From: a virus
Lineage: Duplodnaviria > Heunggongvirae > Uroviricota > Caudoviricetes
IMG/VR virus record: IMGVR_UViG_3300000553_000006
Coordinates: 1 to 64,000 of that record
Reading direction: 5' to 3' (one strand)
Length of the DNA stretch: 64,000 nt
Part shown: in pieces, positions 8,472-17,482 of the stretch
How positions within the stretch are numbered: the stretch's first letter is position 1
Layout of the letters: the number at the start of each line of letters is the position of its first letter
Made by a program: the position numbers and the translations under genes
The notes under the pieces: model-generated
Seen by the model: the letters and a program-made list of their open reading frames with translations, nothing else
Told to the model about the DNA's origin: nothing
Database searches by the model: none

Positions 8472-8758
8472 TAATAAACCTCAAATACGTGCCAAACGAA
8501 AATTCCCATCTGGGCTGTTCCGATATACTTCTTGAAAGAAGGAATAGAATGACCAGTTCCGTAAATCTGAAACTTACGAATAGAGGTTAAAACTTGATCT
8601 TCATCAAACATTACCCAAAGACACAGGACATTGTTTTGATTCTGAACACAAAGAATCTCTGCATCCAGCGGCATCTGAAACTCAGAAGTTTCGATATCAA
8701 GATCTAAAGTATACTTGTAGATCGTTTTCATTGCGGATCCCTGTTTCGTGCGTTCCAT
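8471..8758 (-). CDS. hypothetical protein
   Basis: 95-aa ORF. Confidence 0.4.
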   Translation of the reverse strand: MERTKQGSAMKTIYKYTLDLDIETSEFQMPLDAEILCVQNQNNVLCLWVMFDEDQVLTSIRKFQIYGTGHSIPSFKKYIGTAQMGIFVWHVFEVY

Positions 8759-8813
8759 TCTTGAAAGCGAACAAACTTCATTTCAGCTCGTTCAATGATT
8801 TGTTCGCGTTCTT

Positions 8814-9068
8814 CTAAGTAAGATTATGAACACCAAAATAATCAATAGTAGCAATGACATCACCCAACTCCTCAATTAAAAGTTTCTTGAGATCAGGTTC
8901 ATCCCAGTATACATAACTACCGTTGTTACCGATAATCTTGGCTGCTACCTGAACAACCTCACCACACTCTTCAATAACCTTTGAAAGACCATTGAGCTTA
9001 TCGCTACCAATTGAATAATCGCCGTCAGACATTAAATTTGCTCTCACTCTGTAAGAATCGTAAAGCAT
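8814..9068 (-). CDS. MazG-like nucleotide pyrophosphohydrolase domain protein
   Basis: EECGEV...EELGDV acidic motifs typical of the MazG/NTP-PPase fold. Confidence 0.55.
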   Translation of the reverse strand: MLYDSYRVRANLMSDGDYSIGSDKLNGLSKVIEECGEVVQVAAKIIGNNGSYVYWDEPDLKKLLIEELGDVIATIDYFGVHNLT

Positions 9069-9213
9069 CCAGAAGTGTTGGCTTTCTAGATGTATCAGAA
9101 AATTGGAAATAGAACCGTTGACCGTCTACTACCAAAGTCGCATCGTTCTCCCAGTAATCAATATCTGTGATTTGATACTCTGCAACTTCGATAGTAGGGT
9201 CTTCAATTAGCAT
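9025..9213 (-). CDS. hypothetical protein
   Basis: 62-aa ORF. Confidence 0.35.
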   Translation of the reverse strand: MLIEDPTIEVAEYQITDIDYWENDATLVVDGQRFYFQFSDTSRKPTLLDALRFLQSESKFNV

Positions 9214-10235
9214 TGACTGTTTACCTTGTTAATAAACCATGGCCGAGCCTTGTTTGCGATAGGACCACCAAGCTTCTTCGAATCGAACTGAGAAGCAACG
9301 ATAGTATCCATTTCTTCTTTCAGAACGTCATTGTATACCCAACGAATGAAGTCGCCCATAGAAGTCATATCGATCGGCTTCAGTTGTTCGTGGACGAGGT
9401 TCCAAACTCCTTGTTCAAGGCGCGCTTCAGTGACAACCTGATCCACGAAATCCGCAAGAGCCTTGACAGCTTCAACATCAACTGCAGCCAGTGTCTTGAC
9501 CTTGCTGACACTGTGCTTTTCACCCTTGATCTTGAACGCATGATCATACGAACGCCATCCTTCAGTAATACAAGTCCAAACAACACCTTCACCAATTCCA
9601 GAAACACCGAAGTGCTTTCCGACTGGACACTCAGCTTCTACCTTTTCAGTAATCGCGATCAGATCATTTTGAATCAGAGCGGGATTGTTGAAATCGATAG
9701 ACATTGAGAACGTCGGAAACTGGAAAATGCTGAAGATACGATTTTCGTTATACTTTGACAGATCAAATGTAGAGAAGTCAACCCACTCATGATTGATCTT
9801 GATGCCAAAGATAACGAACATCTTCGGAACTTCTGAAATCGCAACACCCTTTTGAACACCTGCACCACACCATTCACCGAAGATCACAACATGATCGACT
9901 GGAGCACGAACCTTATTCATGATAGTCACGATAAGGTCAGCAACAACGATGCGTTGGTTCTCCATGAATAGCATGAAGCCAGCATTGTCTTGAGTAAGCG
10001 AAAGAATGCGCTCACGAGACTGATAGTGAATTTCCTTGTTGCTCCAAACGATACCTGCATTGGTACCATGAAGCTTCACAGTTCCACGATAAGACAGAGT
10101 CGGAATACCAGCAGCTTCGTCTATGATCGGCTCACCGTTTTCGTCACGACCACGGTACTTCGCCTTACGCTTTACGTTGCTGATAGCAGTCCGGAACTGT
10201 TCTAGAGAAGGAAACTTTACCATTTCCTGAGTCAT
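9207..10235 (-). CDS. rnlB: RNA ligase 2 (Rnl2-like)
   Basis: Nucleotidyltransferase motif I VKLHGTNAGIV (T4 Rnl2 EKIHGTNFS), 342 aa. Confidence 0.7.
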   Translation of the reverse strand: MTQEMVKFPSLEQFRTAISNVKRKAKYRGRDENGEPIIDEAAGIPTLSYRGTVKLHGTNAGIVWSNKEIHYQSRERILSLTQDNAGFMLFMENQRIVVADLIVTIMNKVRAPVDHVVIFGEWCGAGVQKGVAISEVPKMFVIFGIKINHEWVDFSTFDLSKYNENRIFSIFQFPTFSMSIDFNNPALIQNDLIAITEKVEAECPVGKHFGVSGIGEGVVWTCITEGWRSYDHAFKIKGEKHSVSKVKTLAAVDVEAVKALADFVDQVVTEARLEQGVWNLVHEQLKPIDMTSMGDFIRWVYNDVLKEEMDTIVASQFDSKKLGGPIANKARPWFINKVNSQC

Positions 10236-10236
10236 T

Positions 10237-10719
10237 TTACACCTTTAGATCTGGATAGTGGGCCCAAAGAGTTTGTAGAGAAGTTTTGGCACAGTGATGA
10301 GTAATGAACACACCACCCATCGAAATCCAGTGGTGACGATACTTAGCAAGATCGTCAATCAGGACATCGCCTGGCTTGCCATGAAGCTTCTTTTCAACAC
10401 TCGGACAAGTGATAATCGGAACACCAGGAAAGTGTTCAGCTGCCCAATCAATCTTTTGCTGACGCGACCAATCTCCGCGAGGAATACCAGTCAGAATCGT
10501 TGGGTTGAGATGCTTGACACCTTCATAGAGTTCTCGTGCGTCTGGCATGAGCGGTAGATCTCTGAAGAACGTACCAGCTTCACGAATCATACTCCAAAAA
10601 ACAGCGTCCGAATACTTTTCATCAGCTTCTTTCGTAGTCATACCAAACAGATTGAAAAATCCAAGATCGAAATCGGCCATAACGCCGTCGCAATCCAGAA
10701 AAATGTGTGGGCGTCTCAT
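10237..10719 (-). CDS. HAD-family 5'(3')-deoxyribonucleotidase
   Basis: N-terminal FLDCDGVMADFD (DxDGV HAD motif I), 160 aa. Confidence 0.65.
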   Translation of the reverse strand: MRRPHIFLDCDGVMADFDLGFFNLFGMTTKEADEKYSDAVFWSMIREAGTFFRDLPLMPDARELYEGVKHLNPTILTGIPRGDWSRQQKIDWAAEHFPGVPIITCPSVEKKLHGKPGDVLIDDLAKYRHHWISMGGVFITHHCAKTSLQTLWAHYPDLKV

Positions 10720-10769
10720 GCTCTTCCTTTCAACTTAGGAATTAAGTATACGCCCAACGCAGATTAATG

Positions 10770-11129
10770 TCAAGCGGCTAACTTAAAAATTCGATTCTTC
10801 TTAAGAGTAGTCTTACGATAGTAAACGATAGGAACCGTATGGATTTGATCCATCAGAGCCTTACGCTTGGTCGCGTAGTCAGGATCATTCCAGCGAATTC
10901 CATTAAGAAGATTCCAGAATTCTCCGTTTACATCTTCTCCAGAATCGTTGAATACCCACTTTGAAGTATTTTCTTCAACGCGAGCCTGAGCTCCCTTACC
11001 ATTCATACCAAGATAGACACCCTTGGCGGTATAAGTGTTACCCCAACCAGTAGTTACGATAATAACTTCATCACCAGGCTTAATCACTTGGCCAATTTTA
11101 TTGGTAAACTCGACAGCTTCAGTCATCAT
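10770..11129 (-). CDS. hypothetical protein
   Basis: 119-aa ORF; TTGACATTAAT promoter at about 10763 upstream of the neighbouring gene. Confidence 0.45.
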   Translation of the reverse strand: MMTEAVEFTNKIGQVIKPGDEVIIVTTGWGNTYTAKGVYLGMNGKGAQARVEENTSKWVFNDSGEDVNGEFWNLLNGIRWNDPDYATKRKALMDQIHTVPIVYYRKTTLKKNRIFKLAA

Positions 11130-11502
11130 TTAATTCCTTTTCACGTAGATCAATTTGACGAGTAATCATTTGCTCAACACAAGAAGTTCCGTCTCCTGGC
11201 CAAGCCACGCAACCTTCTCGACAAAGAGCATCGAGAATTGCTGGGATAATTTCATTCTTCGGAAAGTCAAAATTATCAGGATTTCTCCACTTCCATTGAA
11301 GTTGTCCTGGTTCATATCCAAGCTGCTTTACAATATCAGCCGCATACTTTGCATACTGCTGTTGCATAGCAGGAAAACCGAAATCTTCTTGCAGTTTAAC
11401 ATATCGCTGCAAAGCATAAGCTAAATCTTGCACAAACTCATTGTCTGCATACTTCTCTTCTTTAGCTTCAGCCAAGAGTTCTTGAACAGTCTTTTTAGAC
11501 AT
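11119..11502 (-). CDS. hypothetical protein
   Basis: Likely start MSKKTVQELL at 11502, overlapping the ligase stop by 8 nt. Confidence 0.45.
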   Translation of the reverse strand: MSKKTVQELLAEAKEEKYADNEFVQDLAYALQRYVKLQEDFGFPAMQQQYAKYAADIVKQLGYEPGQLQWKWRNPDNFDFPKNEIIPAILDALCREGCVAWPGDGTSCVEQMITRQIDLREKELNDD

Positions 11503-12646
11503 CGAATCGAACACCCTTAAACTTACCGAAACGAGGGATACCGTCCGGAGTATAATTCTGAAACACGACAGTTCCAAGCTTACCGATGTGTTGATTCTTT
11601 TCTTCAAGGATAGTCTTGCAGTAATCCCAAGAACCAATCATACCAGCACGGAAAGTACGTCCGTCTTCAAGCTTCAGAAGAGCCGATGCTGCGCCACCAG
11701 ATCTGTTGCCATCACCTTCGATGAAGTCAACGATTTCAAACTCTTCGTCTTGAAATTCCTTGTATTTAATCAATGACTTAGAACGCTTGTTTTCATATTT
11801 TTCGTTGAGACGGATCATTGCGCCTTCAAAGCCACATTCAATGAAATCAGACGCTACGTCAGGAATTGCATCGATAGTAACAACAGAGGTATCCACAAGA
11901 ATCAGACTCTCATGAGAAAGAACAGTCTCAAACAAATCGCAAAGCAAATTTCTACGATCGTAAAAATTCTTGCTATTATCGCCGATATCATAAATCCAAT
12001 ACTGAAGAAGAAGTTCCTTTTCTGGATCGTGTTTCTTTACCACAGAAACTATCGTGTTGAAATCTTCTTTCAGCTCGTGATTGTAAAGTTCTCCGTCAAG
12101 AACCAGATCTGGATGAAGTTGAAAAACGCCAGCCAAAGCAGCGAAGATCTTAGGAGCGCCGACAATCTTCTTACCGTCGCGCGACCAGAGACCTTGTTTG
12201 TTTGCGATACAACGAATACCGTCCAGCTTTGGCTGCATGTAGACAGCAGTAACAGCGATCTTGTCCTTACGATCAGCCCACTTGGTTGCAAGCATCGGCT
12301 TAAAGCGATTAGAAACGTCGACCGTATCCATCTCTTCGCGATAGTCTCGAGCAAGCTTATGCTCGTACTTTGAAGTAACTTCTGCGATAGCTTGTTCTTC
12401 AGCTGATAGCTCATTAGAACGACCAACGTTCTTCGGTTGTGCTACGGTCCACTCAGAGACAGTCTTCTTACCATCTAGTTGACCAGAAGTTGTGCGATAC
12501 TTAGCACCATCTACTTCGGCGAACCAAATCTGAATGGCACCAGCCGAAGTTCGCTTATAGATCGTCGGGAAAATCATGTTATCTCCTGTTAATTTCTGGC
12601 TGTGTCTATTGGGACTTTTACCCCTACTGAGTCTATAGCGTCTCAC
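11495..12646 (-). CDS. ATP-dependent DNA ligase
   Basis: Motif I MQPKLDGIRCI (KxDG), 383 aa, T4 gp30-like. Confidence 0.8.
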   Translation of the reverse strand: MRRYRLSRGKSPNRHSQKLTGDNMIFPTIYKRTSAGAIQIWFAEVDGAKYRTTSGQLDGKKTVSEWTVAQPKNVGRSNELSAEEQAIAEVTSKYEHKLARDYREEMDTVDVSNRFKPMLATKWADRKDKIAVTAVYMQPKLDGIRCIANKQGLWSRDGKKIVGAPKIFAALAGVFQLHPDLVLDGELYNHELKEDFNTIVSVVKKHDPEKELLLQYWIYDIGDNSKNFYDRRNLLCDLFETVLSHESLILVDTSVVTIDAIPDVASDFIECGFEGAMIRLNEKYENKRSKSLIKYKEFQDEEFEIVDFIEGDGNRSGGAASALLKLEDGRTFRAGMIGSWDYCKTILEEKNQHIGKLGTVVFQNYTPDGIPRFGKFKGVRFDV

Positions 12647-12779
12647 TGGCTGTACACAGGGTCACGCCTAGCCTGTGCATAGTGTTCTTCGTTACTAGAT
12701 TGCAGCACCTGCTAGTAACCAATTCATGATAATGGTGTACGCAGACGGTGAGAATGATCAGTTCCCATAACCCATCGCT

Positions 12780-12850
12780 TCTTCAACCGTGGTTGGGCTC
12801 GAACCAACGACCTTCCTCTGCCTGAGGACGCTCTATCCGACTGAGCTACA
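12780..12850 (-). other. tRNA-like element (atypical; possible pseudo-tRNA)
   Basis: Canonical D-arm GCTC-AGTCGGATA-GAGC and T-loop GGTTCGAGCC, but no standard 7-nt anticodon loop or acceptor pairing could be folded. Confidence 0.35.
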
Positions 12851-12946
12851 CAAATTTACACCATTACACTTTCGTCTCTGTTTTGTCTAGAATTAACAGA
12901 GACTACAAACCTCATATTGTCATTCTAACTCAGGCGACCATTATTG

Positions 12947-13180
12947 TCAAGCCTCAAGCGGAATAAAAGGTGTTCCCCAAGTTACTTCTTCTGTCGGAAT
13001 AAACAACAGATCGAATCCATCATCGTCTTCAGGATGTCTAATATCTTCAGCGAATCGATCACCGAATTTGTGTCTCCAGTAAACAAACTTCTCTGTTATC
13101 CCATTCCAGCGAGCAGTCTGGGCGTTTCTACAACTTCCCCAGTAATACTGTCCGTGAATTAGATCTTTCTTGGCGATCAC
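12947..13180 (-). CDS. hypothetical protein
   Basis: 77-aa ORF. Confidence 0.4.
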   Translation of the reverse strand: MIAKKDLIHGQYYWGSCRNAQTARWNGITEKFVYWRHKFGDRFAEDIRHPEDDDGFDLLFIPTEEVTWGTPFIPLEA

Positions 13181-13635
13181 TTACAGACCAAATACCAAAG
13201 AGCCTTGGCATCCCAATAAGCATTGTGTTGAACAGCGCCAGGAAGAGAAGTCGGATACGCATCAATACGAGCCATCTCAAATCGAAGACTACGAATCGGA
13301 GCCATATTCCCTGGACCAGTGATTACTGCCTGACACATATACTTAATGTCATCTGGCCAATCGGTAATAATATATGGAGAAGGATCGAACGCAAGAAAGT
13401 CTGCGATACGCATCGCGCCTTCTTTTTGTGTCTTCACATCGTACGCCATTCCTGGCATGGGTGAAGGAATGTCCCAAAGAATCGGAACAACGTTCTCCTT
13501 GACCCAAGGATCTGTCACAAACTTTACGTTGTCAGAGTAAACTAGATACAGACTCTCTTTGTCCTCTCGAACTAATCCGAGAGAAAGAAGTTCTCCGCCG
13601 AATCCATTAAACTCTGTATCTAGAAAATATCGCAT
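13177..13635 (-). CDS. DEDD-type 3'-5' exonuclease (DexA/oligoribonuclease-like)
   Basis: MRYFLDTEFNGFGGELLSLGLV Exo I motif (D-T-E). Confidence 0.6.
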   Translation of the reverse strand: MRYFLDTEFNGFGGELLSLGLVREDKESLYLVYSDNVKFVTDPWVKENVVPILWDIPSPMPGMAYDVKTQKEGAMRIADFLAFDPSPYIITDWPDDIKYMCQAVITGPGNMAPIRSLRFEMARIDAYPTSLPGAVQHNAYWDAKALWYLVCK

Positions 13636-14045
13636 TATCGATCCTTAAATGACAGATCGTTAATAAACGCAGTGTCAATAATGATGTTGTAATCGCTCTT
13701 CATATAGAAGGATGCCTCAAAAAGAGCAGCTCGCAATGTACCACTAGATTCCCAGTTACCATCGCAATCATGCACAGTTTGCATGGCTTCGAGAACGTGA
13801 TACACACTATCATCAAAGAAATAACCAGGTAGACGGAAAATGTCTGATTGCTTAGCATTTTCTACGATGCGATAGAGCGCCATTTCTTCCATATCTGGAT
13901 TATACATGTCATCTGGAATCAGACAACCAACAGCACACTTGGTACCATTGTCGCCTCGATACAGACAAACTGTATTAGCTTTAGCTTGAACGCCTTGAGT
14001 GAACAGGTGTCGAGCAATGGTTTCAAATACTTCTTGAGGAGACAT
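13635..14045 (-). CDS. hypothetical protein
   Basis: 136-aa ORF; TTGACATTAAAT promoter at 14090..14101. Confidence 0.45.
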   Translation of the reverse strand: MSPQEVFETIARHLFTQGVQAKANTVCLYRGDNGTKCAVGCLIPDDMYNPDMEEMALYRIVENAKQSDIFRLPGYFFDDSVYHVLEAMQTVHDCDGNWESSGTLRAALFEASFYMKSDYNIIIDTAFINDLSFKDR

Positions 14046-14101
14046 TATATTTCCTTTATGTCAATTCACAGTAATCATTTTACGCTAGAAATGATTTAAT
14101 G

Positions 14102-14341
14102 TCAACCGATGTCACACACGCCAGGATGTTTAATCCGGAGCTTGATCGAGCCCAGGACTATGCGAAGCCACTGCCAGAAGCCACCATGCTCCAGAACCGT
14201 AGCCAGACCAGCTCCAGACATCACTCCAACCAGACTGACACGCGTGGAGAGATCTTCGCTGTCAAACTCCCAAGCCATCTCTTCCACGTGATTCATTGCC
14301 GTGTTGAGCACGTTGCGAGCACGAGCTTCCATGTCAGCCAT
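14102..14341 (-). CDS. hypothetical protein (GC-rich island)
   Basis: 79 aa; local GC clearly above the window average. Confidence 0.4.
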   Translation of the reverse strand: MADMEARARNVLNTAMNHVEEMAWEFDSEDLSTRVSLVGVMSGAGLATVLEHGGFWQWLRIVLGSIKLRIKHPGVCDIG

Positions 14342-14547
14342 CAGTTCGCCTCCAGAGCCAGAATGTCCATCGCGATGCTGTGTCCGATCTTGTGATTGGT
14401 GTCAGCGAACTTGTCCCACCAGGTGTCGCGCGCACGAGTCTGGCTCACATAATCGTACTTGTAGACCACACGGTCGGGGAGGCAGAAAGCCATACCGCAG
14501 ACGGACATCTCGATCGGGTCAACCATGGTGCGTTCCTTCATTTCCAT
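14341..14547 (-). CDS. hypothetical protein (GC-rich island)
   Basis: 68 aa; TTGCCATTAAT promoter at about 14565. Confidence 0.4.
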   Translation of the reverse strand: MEMKERTMVDPIEMSVCGMAFCLPDRVVYKYDYVSQTRARDTWWDKFADTNHKIGHSIAMDILALEAN

Positions 14548-14585
14548 GATACAAATGTACCCTGGATCCCCATTAATGGCAAGGA

Positions 14586-14867
14586 CTATTTTTGTGTCTC
14601 AGCATGAGCAGCCGGATCGCTATCCCACACACCCTCGCCGTACCCAGCTTCCCATGCGCGTCGAGCAGCAGACTCGTAGATCATGGGATCGACGTTGGAG
14701 TAGGCGAACGAAGGCTTAAACTCTTCTTCGAACCACTCTTCGAAGGTCATGTTATCGCTCCTGTATCCAACAAGACCATCCACAGGTCTCAGAGAGAGTG
14801 AACGCATACTTCTCGGCAGAGCGCCAATCCTCAAAGGTAGCGACGCATTCATCAATCGCATCACCAA
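14586..14867 (-). CDS. hypothetical protein (GC-rich island)
   Basis: 93-aa ORF; the real start may be the internal MTFEEWFEE. Confidence 0.35.
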   Translation of the reverse strand: MVMRLMNASLPLRIGALPRSMRSLSLRPVDGLVGYRSDNMTFEEWFEEEFKPSFAYSNVDPMIYESAARRAWEAGYGEGVWDSDPAAHAETQK

Positions 14868-14920
14868 TCCGATCAGGATACCAAGTTCTCATTACACGAA
14901 AGGTCATCGGTTTCATTTCC

Positions 14921-15268
14921 TCAGCCGAAATAGGTAGGAGCGATCATCAGAGACAGAGCCGAAGAAGCCGAGCAGCCACCGAAGTTAATTACAAGAGCGG
15001 GAAGACCGCAGAAGGTACCAGCTTCAACCGAGCCGTAACCACAGTCACAGTCATCACCCCAAGAGACCAACTCACGACCGGGGACGAACTCATAGAGCAT
15101 ATCCTCAGCAGCGTCATAGTCATCAGCCGCTTCAGGATCAAGGATCGAGAACGGACCGTTCACCGTTTCAAAGAACGCACCGACCAGCGAAGGGACTTCA
15201 GTCGGGAAGGACTCAGCAGCGTCAACGGTCAGAGTTTCAACCAGGTCTTCCAGCGAGAGAGCGTTCAT
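14921..15268 (-). CDS. acidic hypothetical protein
   Basis: Start MNALSLEDL at 15268 with an AAGGAAA RBS; strongly acidic (possible DNA mimic). Confidence 0.45.
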   Translation of the reverse strand: MNALSLEDLVETLTVDAAESFPTEVPSLVGAFFETVNGPFSILDPEAADDYDAAEDMLYEFVPGRELVSWGDDCDCGYGSVEAGTFCGLPALVINFGGCSASSALSLMIAPTYFG

Positions 15269-15293
15269 AGGGATTTCCTTTTCCAACTCTCTC

Positions 15294-15322
15294 ATTATCG
15301 CCCGGAATTGAATTAATAGCAA
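15294..15322 (-). promoter_or_regulatory. sigma70-like promoter, TTGCTATTAAT class
   Basis: Minus sense: -35 TTGCTA, 17-bp spacer, -10 GATAAT, followed by AGTTGG and an AAGGAAA RBS; one member of a repeated cassette. Confidence 0.55.
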
Positions 15323-15483
15323 GCGATAAAATGTGATGGCTCCCGACTGGGTTCAAAGCCGCAGCGGGAGCCATCCTGGGTCGTGGGTCTGCCCCACTCG
15401 TCCCTCGCAGGAGTATTGTCGGTCGCGGGATTATCAGCAATTACCCCACCGACAGTTGAGAATAATACTCAACCAAACTTCGA

Positions 15484-16005
15484 TTAGGCGAAGGTGAGTT
15501 CTTCAACTTCATCCACTTCCGGGATGTTATCTTCAGAGACAGCAGCCAGTTCAGCAGCTTCCTGCTTCGCCTTAGCAGCCGCAGCACGAGCGCGAGCACG
15601 CTCAAGAGCAGCCATCGCGTTGCCAGCTTGAACAACCTTCTGACCAGCGATTTCTTCCGGAGTCTTCTTGGGCTTCGCAGCCTTGACCTTCTTTTCAGCC
15701 TTCACCTTGGCAGGCTTGTTCGGATCAGCCTTGCGACCGCGAGTAACGCTGGGACCCTTGACGATCTCGGTCAGATTGGTCAGACCTTGCGTGACGCAGT
15801 AGCGGTAGTACGAAGTAGCGTTGCCGACGGTGATGCCGAGCTCATCAGCGATCAGAGCAGAGATCTCGGTTTGGTTCAGCAACGGATTGGCGTTGATCAG
15901 AGCGATAGCAGTAGCGCGCTTGTCGCCACGCTTAAAGGTCTTAGCAGCTTCAGCAGCGGCGGCAGTTTCAGCGACGGTGGTTTCGGTAGCTTCAGTCATA
16001 TTCAA
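15484..16005 (-). CDS. DNA-binding protein with HTH and Lys/Ala-rich histone-H1-like tail
   Basis: NQTEISALIADELGITVGNATSYY HTH-like segment, then KPAKVKAEKKVKAAKPKK repeats; own promoter TTGCCATTAAT-17-TAGAAT at about 16068..16099. Confidence 0.5.
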   Translation of the reverse strand: MNMTEATETTVAETAAAAEAAKTFKRGDKRATAIALINANPLLNQTEISALIADELGITVGNATSYYRYCVTQGLTNLTEIVKGPSVTRGRKADPNKPAKVKAEKKVKAAKPKKTPEEIAGQKVVQAGNAMAALERARARAAAAKAKQEAAELAAVSEDNIPEVDEVEELTFA

Positions 16006-16117
16006 GTCCTCATTTTATATCAGCGGGGAGGAATTCCCCAGGGTCACAAGGGAGTTCCTCACCCCCAACTATCACATTCTAGCTCCGGTCCCCATTAATG
16101 GCAACCAGTTTTTTCGT

Positions 16118-16303
16118 TCAGGCCGACTTTTTTTCGAAGCGGGCAGAAGCCCGAGCGGACAGACCCGGACGCTTGTTGCGCAGCTGTTTGCTGCCCAGGA
16201 CCAATCGAACGCCACAGTCCGTAGCCCCATTGAGCTTCATATAGCGGTCGATCATGTCCTGGTCGTTGGCGGTGTTCGCGCGGGGAGCAAAGCGGAGGTT
16301 CAT
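16118..16303 (-). CDS. small basic protein
   Basis: 61 aa; own promoter at 16328..16356 and an AAGGAAAGGAACACCGAATG RBS. Confidence 0.4.
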   Translation of the reverse strand: MNLRFAPRANTANDQDMIDRYMKLNGATDCGVRLVLGSKQLRNKRPGLSARASARFEKKSA

Positions 16304-16372
16304 TCGGTGTTCCTTTCCTTATGATTCATTATCGCCTATGAGCGAATTAAACGCAAGCGATATTTTTCACAT

Positions 16373-16476
16373 ACACGCGTAGGCGATTGTGACGATCAAC
16401 CCCAGGACAGCCATCACCACGATGAACTCGCACGCGATTTTGACGCCCAGCAGTCCGTTCCAGATCCAGTCGCTCA
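16373..16476 (-). CDS. predicted small hydrophobic peptide (MSDWIWNGLLGVKIACEFIVVMAVLGLIVTIAYACM)
   Basis: Not in the ORF track (<60 aa); translated by hand; own promoter TTGCTATTAAT-17-GATAAT at 16503..16531. Confidence 0.3.
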
Positions 16477-16639
16477 TTTCCGTTTCCTTCAGCCTATGAT
16501 TCATTATCGCTCAGACCTGAATTAATAGCAAGCGCCATTTTCATATCGTTAAACGATAAAGAATCCAGCGCATAAATATAATGTGAGTCGCGAGCCACCA
16601 CAACTCCACTCACTCTAGTCCAACCAAGGAGAGACCAGC

Positions 16640-17020
16640 ATGAGTACTTATGACACCAAGAAGTTCGTCAACAAGCGTAAAAAGACTACTAAGTCTAATC
16701 ATCGATCAATTTACGCTAAAAACTACGGACCAATCCCAAAAGATGAAAAGGGCTTCTCTTATGATATTCATCATATAGACGGAAACCATTTGAACAATAA
16801 TCCAAACAATCTTCAAGCATTGTCAATGCAAGAACACCATGATATACACATTGCTCAAGGAGATTATGGAGCAGCATCTCTAATACGAAAGCGAATGTCA
16901 GCTACTATGAGAACATCTACCTGTCGTTGGTGTGGTCATGAAGATTTAGAAATGAACATTCAATATAAACACAATCTCCATTGTTCACTGGTTAATGATA
17001 TATTCGATATGTTTAATTAA
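16640..17020 (+). CDS. HNH homing endonuclease
   Basis: YDIHHIDGNHLNNNPNNLQALSMQEHHDIH HNH motif; conserved HE leader upstream. Confidence 0.75.
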   Translation: MSTYDTKKFVNKRKKTTKSNHRSIYAKNYGPIPKDEKGFSYDIHHIDGNHLNNNPNNLQALSMQEHHDIHIAQGDYGAASLIRKRMSATMRTSTCRWCGHEDLEMNIQYKHNLHCSLVNDIFDMFN

Positions 17021-17214
17021 CCAAGCTTATCCATCACTTCAATGCGTCTATTCAAGTACTCTCGAACGTTGGGCATAGTATCATACAAGGTTACTAACAG
17101 TCCCTTCATGTACCCCAGCTGGGACCCAGCAAGGTAAGCAGGATTAGTGTTAGTTGATTGCTTTACAACTTGCTCACCAAGCTTCTTCAATACTACTTCA
17201 CCAGCGTCAACCAT
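17017..17214 (-). CDS. hypothetical protein
   Basis: 65-aa ORF. Confidence 0.35.
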   Translation of the reverse strand: MVDAGEVVLKKLGEQVVKQSTNTNPAYLAGSQLGYMKGLLVTLYDTMPNVREYLNRRIEVMDKLG

Positions 17215-17281
17215 TCAACCATTCCTTATTCATTAAGCCCACATGGTCTATTATACCGTGATCTGTATTAAAGTCAAGGTA

Positions 17282-17482
17282 TTAAGCAGCTCGCCAGCTT
17301 TCCCAATCACCATTCTTAAGCCTCTTATAGTAATCAGCTCGTTGCGAAACAATGATTAGAGCGGCTTCAGCGCTCTCAGCCTTGACATTAATGGTTCTAT
17401 GAAGTATAGTTGTTCCCCAATAGCCACCTTGAACGCGGAAGAACTGAAAGGACTGGAGAGACACTTTCGTTTGAGTAGTCAT
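17282..17482 (-). CDS. hypothetical protein
   Basis: 66-aa ORF. Confidence 0.35.
   Translation of the reverse strand: MTTQTKVSLQSFQFFRVQGGYWGTTILHRTINVKAESAEAALIIVSQRADYYKRLKNGDWESWRAA

Noticed and set aside
16020-16060. GGGGAGGAATTCCCC / GGGAGTTCCTCACCCC palindromic block in a 5' UTR
   Set aside because: Clearly structured, but I could not tell whether it is a regulatory RNA element or just the GC-rich leader of the island genes; noted under the island finding rather than as a separate feature.
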